DNA from: Yuukianura sp. NJ FZ-2021
Lineage: Eukaryota
Assembly (NCBI GenBank): GCA_046563655.1
Contig: CM102289.1
Span: forward strand, 8,556,001 to 8,620,000
Length of the DNA: 64,000 bases
Reading direction: 5' to 3'
Part shown: piece by piece, positions 37,983-51,140 of the stretch
Position numbering within the stretch: position 1 is the first letter of the stretch
Layout: the number at the start of each line of letters is the position of its first letter
The notes under the pieces: generated by a model
Databases searched by the model: none
What the model was told of the DNA's origin: nothing
Seen by the model: the letters and a program-made list of their open reading frames with translations, nothing else
Made by a program: the position numbers and the translations under genes

Positions 37983-40236
37983 TTAGCTTTTAGCCTTTTG
38001 TGATCCAGTTTGGAATTGTTGAGCTTCCATCACAAACATCAAAGACGGAAGTGAAGACAAAATTAACTGAGAATATTTCATGTTGAGTTGCGTTCTTCCT
38101 AAGTCCAGAGTTGCCCAGAACATAAAACCGGTACCGGGTAGCTTAGTCTTAAGTGGTTCCAGACGAGTAAGTTTGATCGATTTACAAGTTAGAAGGATGG
38201 AGATCCTTCAAAAGACAAAAACTTGCAGTAAAATTGTCACACTGCCTTGACTCAAGAGATTCCTTACGCATTTTGTGAGAACTGGTTGACTTTCTTCTGG
38301 AAGAGTGGCGATTCTTGGGTTATTTCACGCACATACTTCTTGCAGTTGGTATGGTGGCACAACTCTTGGACAAAGTGCGACGACATGCTTTGTTCGTAGT
38401 GTCCTTAAGAACTACCTTCGGAGATCCATTGAAGACGTTCAGAGATTTAGGAAGTTGGATGCCATGGAGAACGGCAGCTTTGAAGTCCGGAAAACATTTA
38501 ATTCTGAACTTGTCCCAAATCCCTTTGTCCTTGGGGTAAACAGTCCTAGACAGATTTTTGTAAAATTTTAGTAACTTCGCTTTATGTAATGTGATAAACA
38601 TAATTAAGACTTACTGTAGTAACTTATAGTTGAAACAAACATATTTGACGGCGTAGTACAAAGCGAGTCGAGCCTTCCTTGCATTCGAGCAAAACATTAA
38701 CTCGTTTTCCCCAAGAGCGTAGAAGAGCAAACATTCGGCCAATTCGATAGTAAATCTATTCAAAAATTGATCGATTTAGAAAGTTTTCTTAAAATACGTC
38801 TATCTGAGACAAGCGGTGCTCACGTACTGCTTGGTAAGTTTATCCGGGTAAGTCATCTGACTGGCGCATGCTGACATAAAAAACTGCGAAGTCGGGCAAC
38901 AGATTCTGAACCTGGGAAGTGATAAACAAGGTTAACTGAGATGCTAGATTAAACAAATGAAATGCAATTCACACTCACTTCAGTTTGTTCAGAATTTTTG
39001 CCTCCATTGTTACCAGGCGCTTGGCAGTATAGCGACCAGCTTGTGAACATTCTCTGAGAATTCGTTCAGCGCTGATGGTGAAATCGGTTTCCTCCTGCAA
39101 GTAACAGCAAGCATAGAATTCTAAAACGAACGCAATACATTGCGGAATAGCCGAATCGTGTACCTGTTTAGCTGCAATGAATATAGCTGCTGCACTAAGC
39201 AACTCCAGTGAGAATAGTGGAACAGCTTGAGTTCTCAAAAATGCATCAACGATGTACGCTGCTACATGTATAGTTTGGTAGAGCAGTTTGAGTCCAAGGC
39301 CCATCTTCCGGACCCAGATGACAGCATCCTTGCGCTTACTGAGTTGGCGCTCCAACTCCTACAAAATAACAATGATTACTAAACGTTTTGTTTGAACAGG
39401 CTATACTGAGTAAGTTGACTTGTCACCTTGGTACATGTCAGTTGATAATTGGCTGCTTCGTTTTTCAGCTCCTCGATGAGTATTTCCTGAGCGTAGTCAT
39501 CAATAGTCTTCTGCATTGGGTCAAAATAATCACAGCTAGGACTGACCGGTTTGAGTTGGCGCGGTATACCAGCACATTCCGGTGCCGTTCCGAAGAACAC
39601 GGAGATTTGAGTCTATGAATAATGAAACACATGTTGTGTAAAAACCGCTACAGTACTCTCCAAGTTTGGAGCATGATGATATGAACTTGGGTTTAATGAA
39701 AGATACCCGAAGATCAGCCGTGTCAGCTTCATACTTCTTCAAAGTAGTCGGAGTTTTCTGTTGTCGTATAGTTGGGCCAGGGAGATCAAGCACTCCACAG
39801 TCCGTACCAACTGAAGCTAAGGATGTCGTACTGATTGAAGATGGAATGCCAGAGGAACTGGAAAATGACTGTGAGTGTCCGACTGTCAATCTGACTCTCT
39901 TAGCACCACTGCCTTGACTTGACTCCTCACTCGGAGGATAATTCTCGGCAGTAATTCTTCCTTCTCGTACATTCCGAGCTAAGATGTTCCGCAGCAAGTA
40001 TCCCTTCTTCTGAGACTAAAAACAGAAACAAAACCAACGTTAAAAGAACGTTTTAGTAATGTAATCAATCGCCTTTTCGCAACTTGAAATCAAAATCACA
40101 AAGCAAACCTCTACTCATTTTGACGTTACATCCGCCGTAAGATAACACGTTTACATAACTACACTGACCTTGACCTTATTGTCGTTAGTGATCACTTTAC
40201 CTTTAGGTATTTCAGCAACGTTATGCGACGGTCCAT
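37983..40236 (-). CDS. Divergent cyclin (A/B-like fold), multi-exon; C-terminus ends at 38320 or 37983
   Basis: Cyclin box RKDAVIWV..LKLLYQTIHVAAYIVDAFL..LELLSAAAIFIAAKQEE..LVTMEAKILNKLKFRICCPTSQFF. GT-AG introns join in frame. Confidence 0.85.
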
Positions 40237-41390
40237 TCCGGGGTGCAAAAACTAGCTAAACTTAAACCTAGTAATCGTACCGACTGTGTCCAATTTTGAA
40301 TACAAACGATGATGAAGATAACCCTACCTTAACACTAATCTAAAACTAATTAGTGCTAACCGTATTTCAAAAAGTTAATTGTTACAGCATTTTGCCAATT
40401 TTTTGCAAAACGAATTTTTCAAAACGCGAAAACAAGAACAGAGACAAAGAAAAATGAAAACAATTTTAAATCGCAGCTCCATTTTCCCGCCAATTTTATA
40501 AAACATAAAAAATAGCGTCTATTTGAAAGATACAAAAGTTATGAGAATGAAATTCATAAACAATAACTATCTTTTATCCAAAACATGAAAAATTTAAAAA
40601 TTTGATTGTGAATTTAGAAAACAATCTTTGAATTTTTAAAACAATTTTCCTACAATGCTCAACTTATACTTTACTTCGTTTTAACTCAATCCCTCAAAAT
40701 CAATTAAGTTCTTACATACCCAAGAATTTGAAAAAATTCGTGTTTTTTCCTCAATCCCAAAATATCCTTTTTTTTAAAAACAAGTTGCGATATTTTCAAA
40801 AAAAACGAAAGATGCCATTATTGGAAGATGTTGTCCTTTTGAAGAATGGTACAAAACAGGGTGTATTAAAATCAGTCCAACAATAGACTGCATGGAAAGC
40901 GCCGCTGCCTAGCAACGAACAATGGAGTACCTGTCAGTACACATAACTTTTCAAAAGCCTATTTTTTTCTGGAAGAAAGAAGACAAGTACTCTGGGAGGT
41001 CAAAAGGCACAAGGAAAATCTTCTTTTAAATTCATTGTTTAACCATTCTAAATTTCCCAATGTTAAAGTACCATTTACAAATGGAACTCAAATGTAGAGA
41101 ACGAGACAAATAAGGAGATGAAGTGATTTAGTACTTGAGTTTACTAGAGGGAGGGCGGAGATGACATAAGGATAACATGACATCTTGGATAAATCCCACA
41201 CGCTTTCTACCTTAAAAATCACAGAATCAACTTAAGATGGGCCATAAGAAGGTACAAGTTTAGTAACCCTAGGCTAACCTACATCTTATGTTTAGTAATG
41301 CATATGCTATGTTTTCAGAAATTACAAAATTAGTATTCTCCAACACTACCACCACGATATTTTGGAACATGAAAACTAAAAAGCACTTAC

Positions 41391-41480
41391 GTCTGTTAGC
41401 GGAATTAGTCTGGGAATGGATGACGGGCGACCAGTTGACGAGCGGACACTGCCTGGCTTCTTAGAAATAGAAGTCTCCAT
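41391..41480 (-). CDS. Probable alternative first coding exon of the cyclin
   Basis: METSISKKPGSVRSSTGRPSSIPRLIPLTD followed by GTAAGT in phase 0, compatible with the acceptor at 40015. Confidence 0.5.
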
Positions 41481-42883
41481 GTTTCTTGACGCTGATCAGC
41501 GATTCACAAGCGATTGTTGCTGCTTTCGATCACTTTCGAACGCTGATTCTAAGAAACTTCTACCTTAAGACTTTTCTACAACAAAAAGTACATGACAAGA
41601 CGGCAGTCTTTTCATAAGCTTCTTCCAGTAGCCTTTTCCAAGCAAGCAAGAAAAAAACTCCTATTTTTTGCAAAAAAAAAAACATTGCAAGTTGCAACTA
41701 ACACAAAATTGCAAACATTTCATAGGTTTGCCGGCCAACCAAATTCAGAGTCAAAACTGAAATTTTTTTGAGTCAAATTGAACTCATTTTTGAGATAATC
41801 TTGAATTTGCATTTGCAATTTCAATTTACAGTTACAACTTGCAACTTCTTGGTTACTAATTTTACTCAAATTAGTTAGACTAATGCTATCGTGATTCATT
41901 CCAAATGACGTTTTAGTAATATGCAAGTTGGGTGATTTTCAAAAAATAAACTCGGTAAAACTTTTTTTTCATTTTGTTTTTTGAAAATTACAGAGTCTTC
42001 ATACATTGTCCAATTTTTTGTGTCTAAATTGTTAATTTGTGTTAAAATTTTGAATTGGTAATTAATTTATGTTGATCATTATTTTCTCCTTTTTAGTTAA
42101 TTCCAAATAAAATCTATGTCGAGAAGAAGTTTAGCATAAAAATGTCAAAAGTTAAGATGTGATTAGTTTAGTCCAAAATGGACTGGTTTTGGGGCTTAAG
42201 GAAACCAGTGGGGCACTTCTTGACTTTTAGTTTCAGAAGATGAAGAAAAGATGTGGATGAAGCTGTTGTAGTCTTTTATGGTGAAACTGTAATGAAATCC
42301 ATGTAGGCGTTAGTTGGACTGTTGGATTTCTTTGTAAATGGAGAGGGTCAGACATCAGTTTGATTCTGAGGGAGTTGCAGAAAATAGGACTGGAAGGGAT
42401 CAGTTACAACTTCAATCTGGTACTGTTTTGGTTAAGTGCTCACTTCTGCTGGATCCCACAGTGACAAAAAGTGGTATCCATGACAGGTCAATAACTAAAT
42501 TTTGAGTGGGAACTTCAAAAAGGACGCCTACGACAATGCATTCTGCAATATTCAGCAGTGTTCTTTTCCTCACTTTCTTGGTGTCAGTGTGGAGCTTCTC
42601 ACTTGACCAGGGTAACATTTTTTTTTGAAAAAAAAAATTTAGTTTCAATAGAAAATGAAAAAGTTTGTTGTAGAATTTTTTTGTTTTCTCCCGGAAGAGC
42701 TTTTTTGTCCACTTTTATTAAAATTGGTTGAAAACATGAGAAATGTTAGAGAGAAAGCAGTTATGTGGTGACAGTAGGACAAAAAGTGCTATGCAGACAC
42801 AAACTTTCTCCCATAAATTTATTTGTCATTTTTTGTTTTCACTTTTGAGTTATGTTCACCAATTTTTCATGTCATTTTGTTAG

Positions 42884-45800
42884 ATGTCAATGCCCTCAAC
42901 TAAACAACACCACAAAAAGAAACGACATCGCGCATGCCCGAGTACAAGTACTTCAAATGGCAACGAACTCAGAAAATTTTGAAAATTGTTTGTGTATTAT
43001 GTTCCAGATTTGTCCAAGACACTTGAAAGAGCGATGGAAGATGACCGATTTGTTTTGGTTTTTGAAAATTTGCCGCCACGTCGACGTGGTCGTACTCCGG
43101 CTGACGCTTTGCTAACAATTGAATTTCCAGCATCCAAGCATCACATTGGTTTCGCTCTGGACAGAGTGAACCACCAAGGTTAGTCAACATTTTTTCAAAA
43201 ATATGAAATTGAAATTTTCGTAGTGTCAAATTAGTTTATGACCTTTCAAAAAACATTTTTCGAAACAGTAGCAAAACTTAAAGTCTTGTCTTACTGGACA
43301 ACAACAGAGCAGAGGATTCATGATTTACGATTTCTGGACAGAAAACAAATGGGCGTTGGCTCGCGGGGTGATAAAGAGGTTGGGCCATTTCTCGGGAAAA
43401 TTGTTGACAACTTCGGAAATTTATTACAAAGATTTCCAAAATTACTTCCATAAGTTTCAACTACGCTTAAGTTGTTTTTAAGTGTTTCGAAAAAGTATCA
43501 TGGCGAGACGTAATTATGCTTGAAGGCTTCATTCTCTCGTGTTGTCTCGATTTCTATATAAGGACACAAACAAAAGTTCAAGAACAAACCGATTTCAACT
43601 TTGTCTGCACAATCGAAGGGAATGAAAAATTTATAAAGTCCACTTTTCACCAATTATTGGAATATCGTGACCCATTTTCTCAAATTATACATTTGGGTTT
43701 CGCTTTTTCCAAATTCGATTTCTGGTCAATGAATCAATATTCGTCGGCAAATTTTGGCAATGACCTCTGACCTTAAATTTCTTCAGAATTTCTTAAATTT
43801 TTCTTAAAAATGTCTTAATTTTTTTCAAAGTTTTGATTGAGACGCTGGAAGACGGTGCTAAGAAGACACTGAACATTCCGGCGACATTTCTGACTGAAAC
43901 GTCGCTTCATACGTCGATGGTCGTCGAAGTGAACCAAGGTTGGAGCGGGACAGCTCGTCTTGCGCTGTTTCTGGACTGTTCTCCCCTTGGCCTGGTCACG
44001 CTCTCACAAAATCTGCGTGACCTCCTAATAAAATCCAAGATGCACCACCCCCTCAAAGTGGTAAGGTCAAAAGGTCACGCATCGTGAAACTTAAGGTTGT
44101 GCAAAATGAATGAATGAACTAAAAGACTTGTGTGTACTGCTATACTTGACAGTATTGACTTGATTTGTCAAAAGTACTTTTGCCCAATTTTGGAAGTTAA
44201 CAATGGGCATGGCCGTTGACCTTTCGTTTAAATTAATGCCAATATTGTTGAGCAAATTGATGTTTGTTTGAACAGAGTCGGGACAGACGCCTCAAAGTGA
44301 CTGTCCACCCGACGATTGATGCTCGAGAGGCTTTGGACGATCTGGAATGTCCGTCCAGGGCGGAACAGGCTGTCCAACCTCCAATTGTCAATGAAATTGC
44401 TACGTCATACCGCCGGGGTACTTTCACTGTTTAAATTTTTGAATTTCAAGACTATTTTTTAAAAAGAAGCACAATTTCGAATTTTATTTTACTGGTTATA
44501 GGGGATATTCCAATTATTTCGCCTGACATTGACGGTAAAACGAATTTTTTTAATCAGATTTTGAAAGAGAATAAGAAAAATTTCGAATTTCGTAATTTTG
44601 ATAATGGAATTTCAGAGTCGCAGCTGATTAAAGTAATTCAAGAACTCATCGCAGCTATCCGAATTCTTCGAATTGAAATTGAGGGACATGTGAGTTCTGA
44701 TTTTTTTTTTCTTGAAAAATTTTGAAAATGTGAAAACTGTTTTTCTTTAGAGGGAAGACACGCGAAGTCTACGACAGACTTTGGAAAATTGTGAAATGTG
44801 TAAACCTAAAGCGGGTAAAACGAAAATTACCAACTCCAAAATTAAAAAAAGTTGTTTTGAATTCCAAAATTTTTGTTTCAAAAAATAGAACCACTCAAAA
44901 CTGGATGTCGCGCTGAACCACCGCCATGTTTTCCTGGAGTCGTCTGTCGTGACATGCCTGACGGGACAGTTCGATGCGGTCAATGCCCCAGGGGTAATAC
45001 AAAAATTTTGTTGAAAAAGTTCATGAAAATTTCCAAAAAATTTTCAATGTTCATAAAAAACATAAAATTTTGGACCACAGGGTACATTGGAGATGGAAGA
45101 ATGTGTAAACCCGGGATTTCTTGTGCCGAAAGACCGTGTGCCGAAAGAGTCCAATGTTTCGACACTCCTGACGGATTTCAATGTGGCCAATGCAAGTTTT
45201 ACAAAATTTTAATTGTCAAGACTCGTTTTTTGAAAAAGTTGTCAAAATTTATGACAGGTCCTTCTGGTTACGAGGGCGATGGACAAAGATGTCAAAGAAG
45301 AAGGGCATGTGAATCAAATCCATGTTACACAGGTTTGACATTTTCCCTTTTCCTTACATGGTTCTTGTCACACATAAAATTTTGAAGTCCAAATTTTGGA
45401 CATCGAAATTTCAAAATTTTGTAATCGTAGGTGTACAGTGCATTGACACTGAAGATCCACCATACTACAGATGTGGAACATGCGTCGTCGGATTCACTGG
45501 AAATGGAACGCATTGTCACGACTTGGACGAGGTCAACTTAAAAAAAAATCAATTTTCATAATATTTCTTCAAAATTCTGAATCTGATCGTTCTGCTTTTT
45601 AGTGTGACCTCGCCGAACCTTGTGACCCGCGTGCTCGGTGCATAAACATGGCCCCGGGATTTCGTTGTGACCCATGTCCTGCTGGGTTAGTTTTGAAATT
45701 TTGAAAAAATTCACTTTTTTAAAACTTCTTTTTTTGAAATTTCAGGTTTACCGGGAGCACCGGACTTCAAGGTCAAGGTTTAGACTTTGCCAGACGGAAT

Positions 45801-48800
45801 CGTCAGCGCTGTTATGACATTGACGAGTGTGCGCAGGGCAATGGTGGATGTGTGGCCAATTCCCGTTGTGTGAATACAGAAGGCTCTTTTTACTGCGGAG
45901 AGTGTGACCGTGGATTTGCGGGGAATCAGAGCCTTGGATGTCATAATCGACCTGGAATGTGTCCCGATGGATCCTTCTGTGACGAAAATGCTGAGTGCAT
46001 TCGGCTAACAGGACTCAGCTACTATGTCTGCAAGGTAAATGTCAATGTCACTCCTAAAATATCTCCAACGCGTGCTTGTCCTACTGTCACTGTTTCGAAA
46101 AGTAGCGTTTCATGCCAAGGTTGATCGATATTGCTTCATTGCTTTTCCATAAAAGAACCAACACCCACTTAAATCTATTTTTGAATTTAAGCGTAAATTT
46201 AACTGAAATCGATAAATTTCGTCAGCTTTTTTCATCGGAAGAACGTCAATGGGGCATTAGCGCAATTAGAAATGGAAACGCTTAATTTTCTTTGACATTG
46301 CAGAAAAAACTTATGAAAAAGTATTAATTAATTAAATTAATTTTATATTAATTATTTTCAGTGCAAAGTAGGCTGGGCTGGAGATGGCAAAACGTGTGGG
46401 CCGGACAGGGACTTGGACGGCTGGCCTGACTATGATCTCAACTGCAGCGATCAGAAATGTCGTAAGGTGGGAACCATGTTTTATATTATGTAAAATATTA
46501 TATATTTTTATTATAATATTTTTATATTATTACATCATTTAATTATATTGCAGGATAACTGTATCTACACTCCGAACAGCGGACAAGAGGTAAAATCCTC
46601 AACCAAACATCACTGATTTTTTGTTAGTATTTTATTAAAAAATTTCTTGTAGGATGCGGACGGTGACGGAATTGGTGATAAATCATTATTCTAAATTATT
46701 CAAAATATTATTATTTTAATTAATAGTATTATTATAAAAATTTACACAAATGATTTGATTTTTAGGTGATGCTTGCGACAGTGATGCTGGAAAGTGACCG
46801 TATCCTACCATTTTTAGTGCAATTAATTTATGTCTTTTCTAATTTTTAAAATCATTTTTCTTCCAGACGGAGACGGAATTCCTAACACTCCGGTGAGAAA
46901 TGTTTAAAAAACTAATAAAATTTATGAATTTATAAATTATAATTATTATAATTTATATAATTTATAATTCCAGGACAATTGCCCTCTTGTTCACAATCCT
47001 TTGCAGGAGTTAAGTTTTATGAAATTTTAAAAAAATTGCTAAAAAGCCGAAAAATTTTAGTTTTTTCAATTTGCCATTTTTCATTTCCAGGATTCGGATC
47101 CGCATGGTGGAGACAAGCAGGGTGACGCATGTGACAATTGCCCTACTGTGCCAAATCTGGATCAGGTATGGCATTCGAATTAAATATAATTATATATTAA
47201 TATGCTATTATATTAATTATAATAATTTCAAATAGGAAGACACGGACAAGGACGGTTTAGGAGATAAATGCGACAGTGACATAGATGATGATGGGATTTT
47301 GAATGAGCGGGACAACTGCCCTAAAATCCCGAACGTTGATCAGCGTGACAGCGATAGAGACGGACTTGGTGACGCGTACTGTACAAATTTGGAATTTTGC
47401 ATTGTAATTTGCAAATTTGTAAGAATTAAATTGCAAATTTTTGTGTAGGTGTGACAATTGCCCTCGCGTTCCAAATCCATTGCAAGAAGACTCCGATCGT
47501 GATTTAGTCGGTGACGCCTGCGACAGTAATATTGACAAAGACAGGTTTTCAAGAAATTTTATGAAAACTCAATAAGTCATGAAAAACTGAAATATTTGTC
47601 AAAATTTAACCGAAATCGGTTATTTCAGGGATGGAATCCAAGATAACGTTGACAATTGCCCGGATGTCCCAAACTCTGACCAAATTGACACTGACAATGA
47701 TGGCCAAGGAGATGCGTGTGACCCAGACAAAGGTTCCTGCAAAAAAATAATAATTCAATTTCAAAAATTTTATAAATTTTATGTTATAAATTTTTTACAG
47801 ACAATGACAGAATCCCCAACGCGCGGGACAATTGTGAACTCATTTATAATCCGGACCAAATGGACACCGATGGCGATGGAAGAGGAGACGCGTACGATAT
47901 AAATTATTACACATAATTAAATTTACATAATTAATATAATTTATAATATATTTAATTTAGGTGTCAGACTGACACTGACGGTGATTCCTATCCTGATTTC
48001 CTGGATAACTGTCCTAACAACTCAAAAATCTTTACAACTGATTTCCGGTAATTCAGCATCGTTTTTTAAAATTCCGAGTAGAATTTTTCTACAATTTTAA
48101 AAATCTGTCGAATTTCTAAAATTGTAATGTAATGATTTTGTCCAGAACTTACCAAACAGTAGTTTTGGATCCTGAGGGAGAGTCGCAAATTGACCCCAAC
48201 TGGGTCATCTACAACAAGGGAGCTGAAATTGTGCAGACGATGAACTCTGACCCGGGACTTGCTGTTGGTGCGTTTTCAAAAAAAAAAAGTTTCTAAAACT
48301 TCTAAAAAAATAGAAACACTTTTTGAAAAAAAAAACTTCTTCTTTTTTTTCGTTTCAAGGGTTCCACCGCTTCGGAGGGGTTGATTTTGAAGGAACTTTC
48401 TTCGTTGACACTGAACTGGACGATGACTATGTGGGCTTCATCTTTAGGTAATGCTGGAACTGCTGTCCTCTAAAAAATTTTGAAATTATGAAACTAAAAT
48501 TTTGAATTAGTTATCAAGACAATTCCCAATTCTACACGGTGATGTGGAAAAAGAATACTCAGACTTACTGGCAAGCTACGCCGTTCAGGGCTGTCGCTGA
48601 ACCTGGAATTCAGCTCAAACTTGTCCAGTCAAACACCGGTCCCGGAGAAATGCTGAGAAACTCCCTTTGGCATACTGGCGATACTGCCAGTCAGGCAAGT
48701 GAAGAAAAACAAATTGCCGGCGCATGCGCACTGCTTGAATAGAAATCTTCCCATTTTGCAGGTCAAACTTCTTTGGAAAGATCCACGGAATGTTGGTTGG

Positions 48801-49158
48801 AGAGAAAAAGTGGCTTATCGCTGGCTGTTGCTCCACCGACCAAAAATTGGACTCATTCGACTCCGAATTATTGAAGGAGAAAATGTCGTCGCAGATTCTG
48901 GAAATATTTTTGACAGCACTCTGAAAGGTGGACGGCTTGGTGTCTTCTGTTTCTCACAAGAAATGATCATTTGGTCCGACTTGGTATATCGCTGCAATGG
49001 TAAACAAAATCAATTAAGTTTACACATTAATTGACTTGATTTAAAATTTGGTGTTTCATACCATTGTAGATCATGTGCCGGAGGCAATATACCGAGAGCT
49101 GCCTAGAAATCTGCAGAGGGAAGTAGAAATCGATAGAACAAAGCCACCAGCTCCATGA
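42884..49158 (+). CDS. Tsp: Thrombospondin (pentameric arthropod type), about 29 exons
   Basis: N-terminal domain, coiled coil ending CEMC, EGF repeats, type 3 repeats (DNCP..NPxQxDxDxDGxGDACD) and a C-terminal domain ([45 protein letters not shown]). The 5' end is uncertain. Confidence 0.95.
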
Positions 49159-49539
49159 AATTGAACAAAGAGTAGAATGGATAGTACTAAAATTTAATCA
49201 CTGCCAAAGTGCCATAACACAAACTAACCTAAATAATTGACAGTTTAAGATATTTCTTACTTGTTTACCATTTGATGACAATTAATTGTTGCAATTCAAA
49301 GCTAACCAAATAATTCATTCAAATTGAGTAAATATACAAAAGTATAAAGGAAAATTATAGTGCACCGACTCGAACCAAGCTTTCTTTTCCTAATAATTTA
49401 TAATCCTACCTACAACTTAAATGATTCCACTTTGATTAATTCCTATGTCCTAAGTAATTTCGGCATCGACATTAGAGAAATAGATCTGGTAAGGCCACGG
49501 TGCTGACATTTTTAGGTTGATCTTTGAAAACTGACTGAA

Positions 49540-49966
49540 TTACTTGGCTGTATTACTGTCGGAATCGGGCAGAGGACGGCGAAAAAGAAGAATGTGTGGC
49601 TCTGAAACAGAAAAAAAAAACGAATTTCAAAATTCAGTGAATCCTCTGAAATCCAGCAGTATCCAATGCCTTGATTGGCAAAGTCGAACACCAGTTCAAA
49701 TATAAACTCACCTGGTTCGTGAAGCATGTAATGAATCCAACCCTGACTTTGCTGAACCCCAATACTTCTCCATTCGGTTTCCGACATCAGTTTATGACGT
49801 GGAACTACCTTAGCTAGTTCCTTCGGTAGAACTACATGGCTGTGAGAAAAATTAAATATTTTTTAGGTTTGGTTACTTACTTCACGATAGGAAAAATCAA
49901 CACTCACCGATATTCAAATTCGTTGTCAGTGTATTTGCCGGAGTAGTAAATATCTTTTACCGACAT
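49540..49966 (-). CDS. CKS1: Cyclin-dependent kinase regulatory subunit, 3 exons
   Basis: [73 protein letters not shown]. Confidence 0.95.
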
Positions 49967-50589
49967 CTTGGGTGGGGGCAGTTCTATCGATATCCCTTTC
50001 GTTTGAGGCAGTAGTAAATCTTGAAATAAACAATACATGTAATACTGGAATTTGGAATAAACAATCATTGAAGGAAGTGGAAGAAGTTTTGCTACCTTAA
50101 TCTGTGAACGTAAAGCGGAGCGAGAAATCACGGAATGTTCCTTTCAGTCTTCAGTTTTACAAAAATTAATCGTTCAACACGGAAAGAAAGTGACCTGACT
50201 TCGATGATGATGACGACAAAGACAGGAAATGATAAACCGACAAAACAACAATAGAAAGTGAAGTGGATGGGATCGAATGGCAATTGCAAAGTTGCAAAAG
50301 CCGGGTGTAGCTTATTGCAAATGGTCAAACAATGTGTAACTTCACAATATCTAAATCTTAAAAGCCTGGTGAAATTTTTCCTTGTAACTTGATATGAATG
50401 TCAATTTCTTTGCCATCATATCAATTTAATTATAGTAGTAATAAGTCGCCCATTGCACAGTTTTTGTGGACTAATTTAACTAATTTAATCTTAATCAGTG
50501 CATACTCCGTCCGACTTCCCTTCACTTTTCCTCCCATCTCACCCCCACATGAACCATCGCAATTTACGACTTTCTCGCTGTGATTCTTG

Positions 50590-51140
50590 GAGTAGAGGGT
50601 AGGATCGTACTTTGGGACCAACTTAGTTTTAGCCCTCCGAAAAAAGAGTCCCTCAGATATGGCAAACTTAGAAACTGCCAGATAACAAACTACCGACAAA
50701 ATTTCAACAACAACAATATCAATAAAACGACAAAAACTGACGTACCGTATTTCGGAGGGCTAACAATATATAGTAGGCCGACTACTATCCTACCCTCTAC
50801 TCTTTGGGCATATAAAAGTGCACTAATTTTTTAAAGTCCAAAAATTTTTCAAAGTATAGAGTTTATGCAATCAAACAACCTTTAAAATGACCTCTGCGAA
50901 AGTTGTTCAGCTCGATGATAACATTATTTTTTGTCCTGCGACTTTGAAGGTCAAACGAAAAAGAAAGATTTCTCATACTTGTTGCTTAAACGATCGTTTT
51001 CATGATCCCGATGACCTCCGTGACCTCAAAAGGTCAAAATAATCCTCCAATCGAGCTTAACAACTTTCGTAAAGGTCATTTTAAAGGTTGTCTAAAAGCA
51101 TCAACTGTGTAGTTTGAAAACTTTCTGGAGTTAGAAAATC
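50590..51140. repeat. Two adjacent inverted-repeat structures (probable MITE/foldback remnants)
   Basis: GAGTAGAGGGTAGGATCGTA at 50590 pairs with 50783-50802, with inner TTAGCCCTCCGAAA arms. A second pair of 42-bp arms lies at 50875-50916 and 51050-51091 (3 mismatches). Confidence 0.7.

Noticed and set aside
38320..38322. Stop-codon readthrough in the cyclin
   Set aside because: The in-frame continuation is only about 22 codons; the long open frame is a different one.
43269..43378. Extra thrombospondin cassette exon ([10 protein letters not shown]..)
   Set aside because: It enters in phase 1 but its donor is phase 0. The flanking exons join in frame without it.
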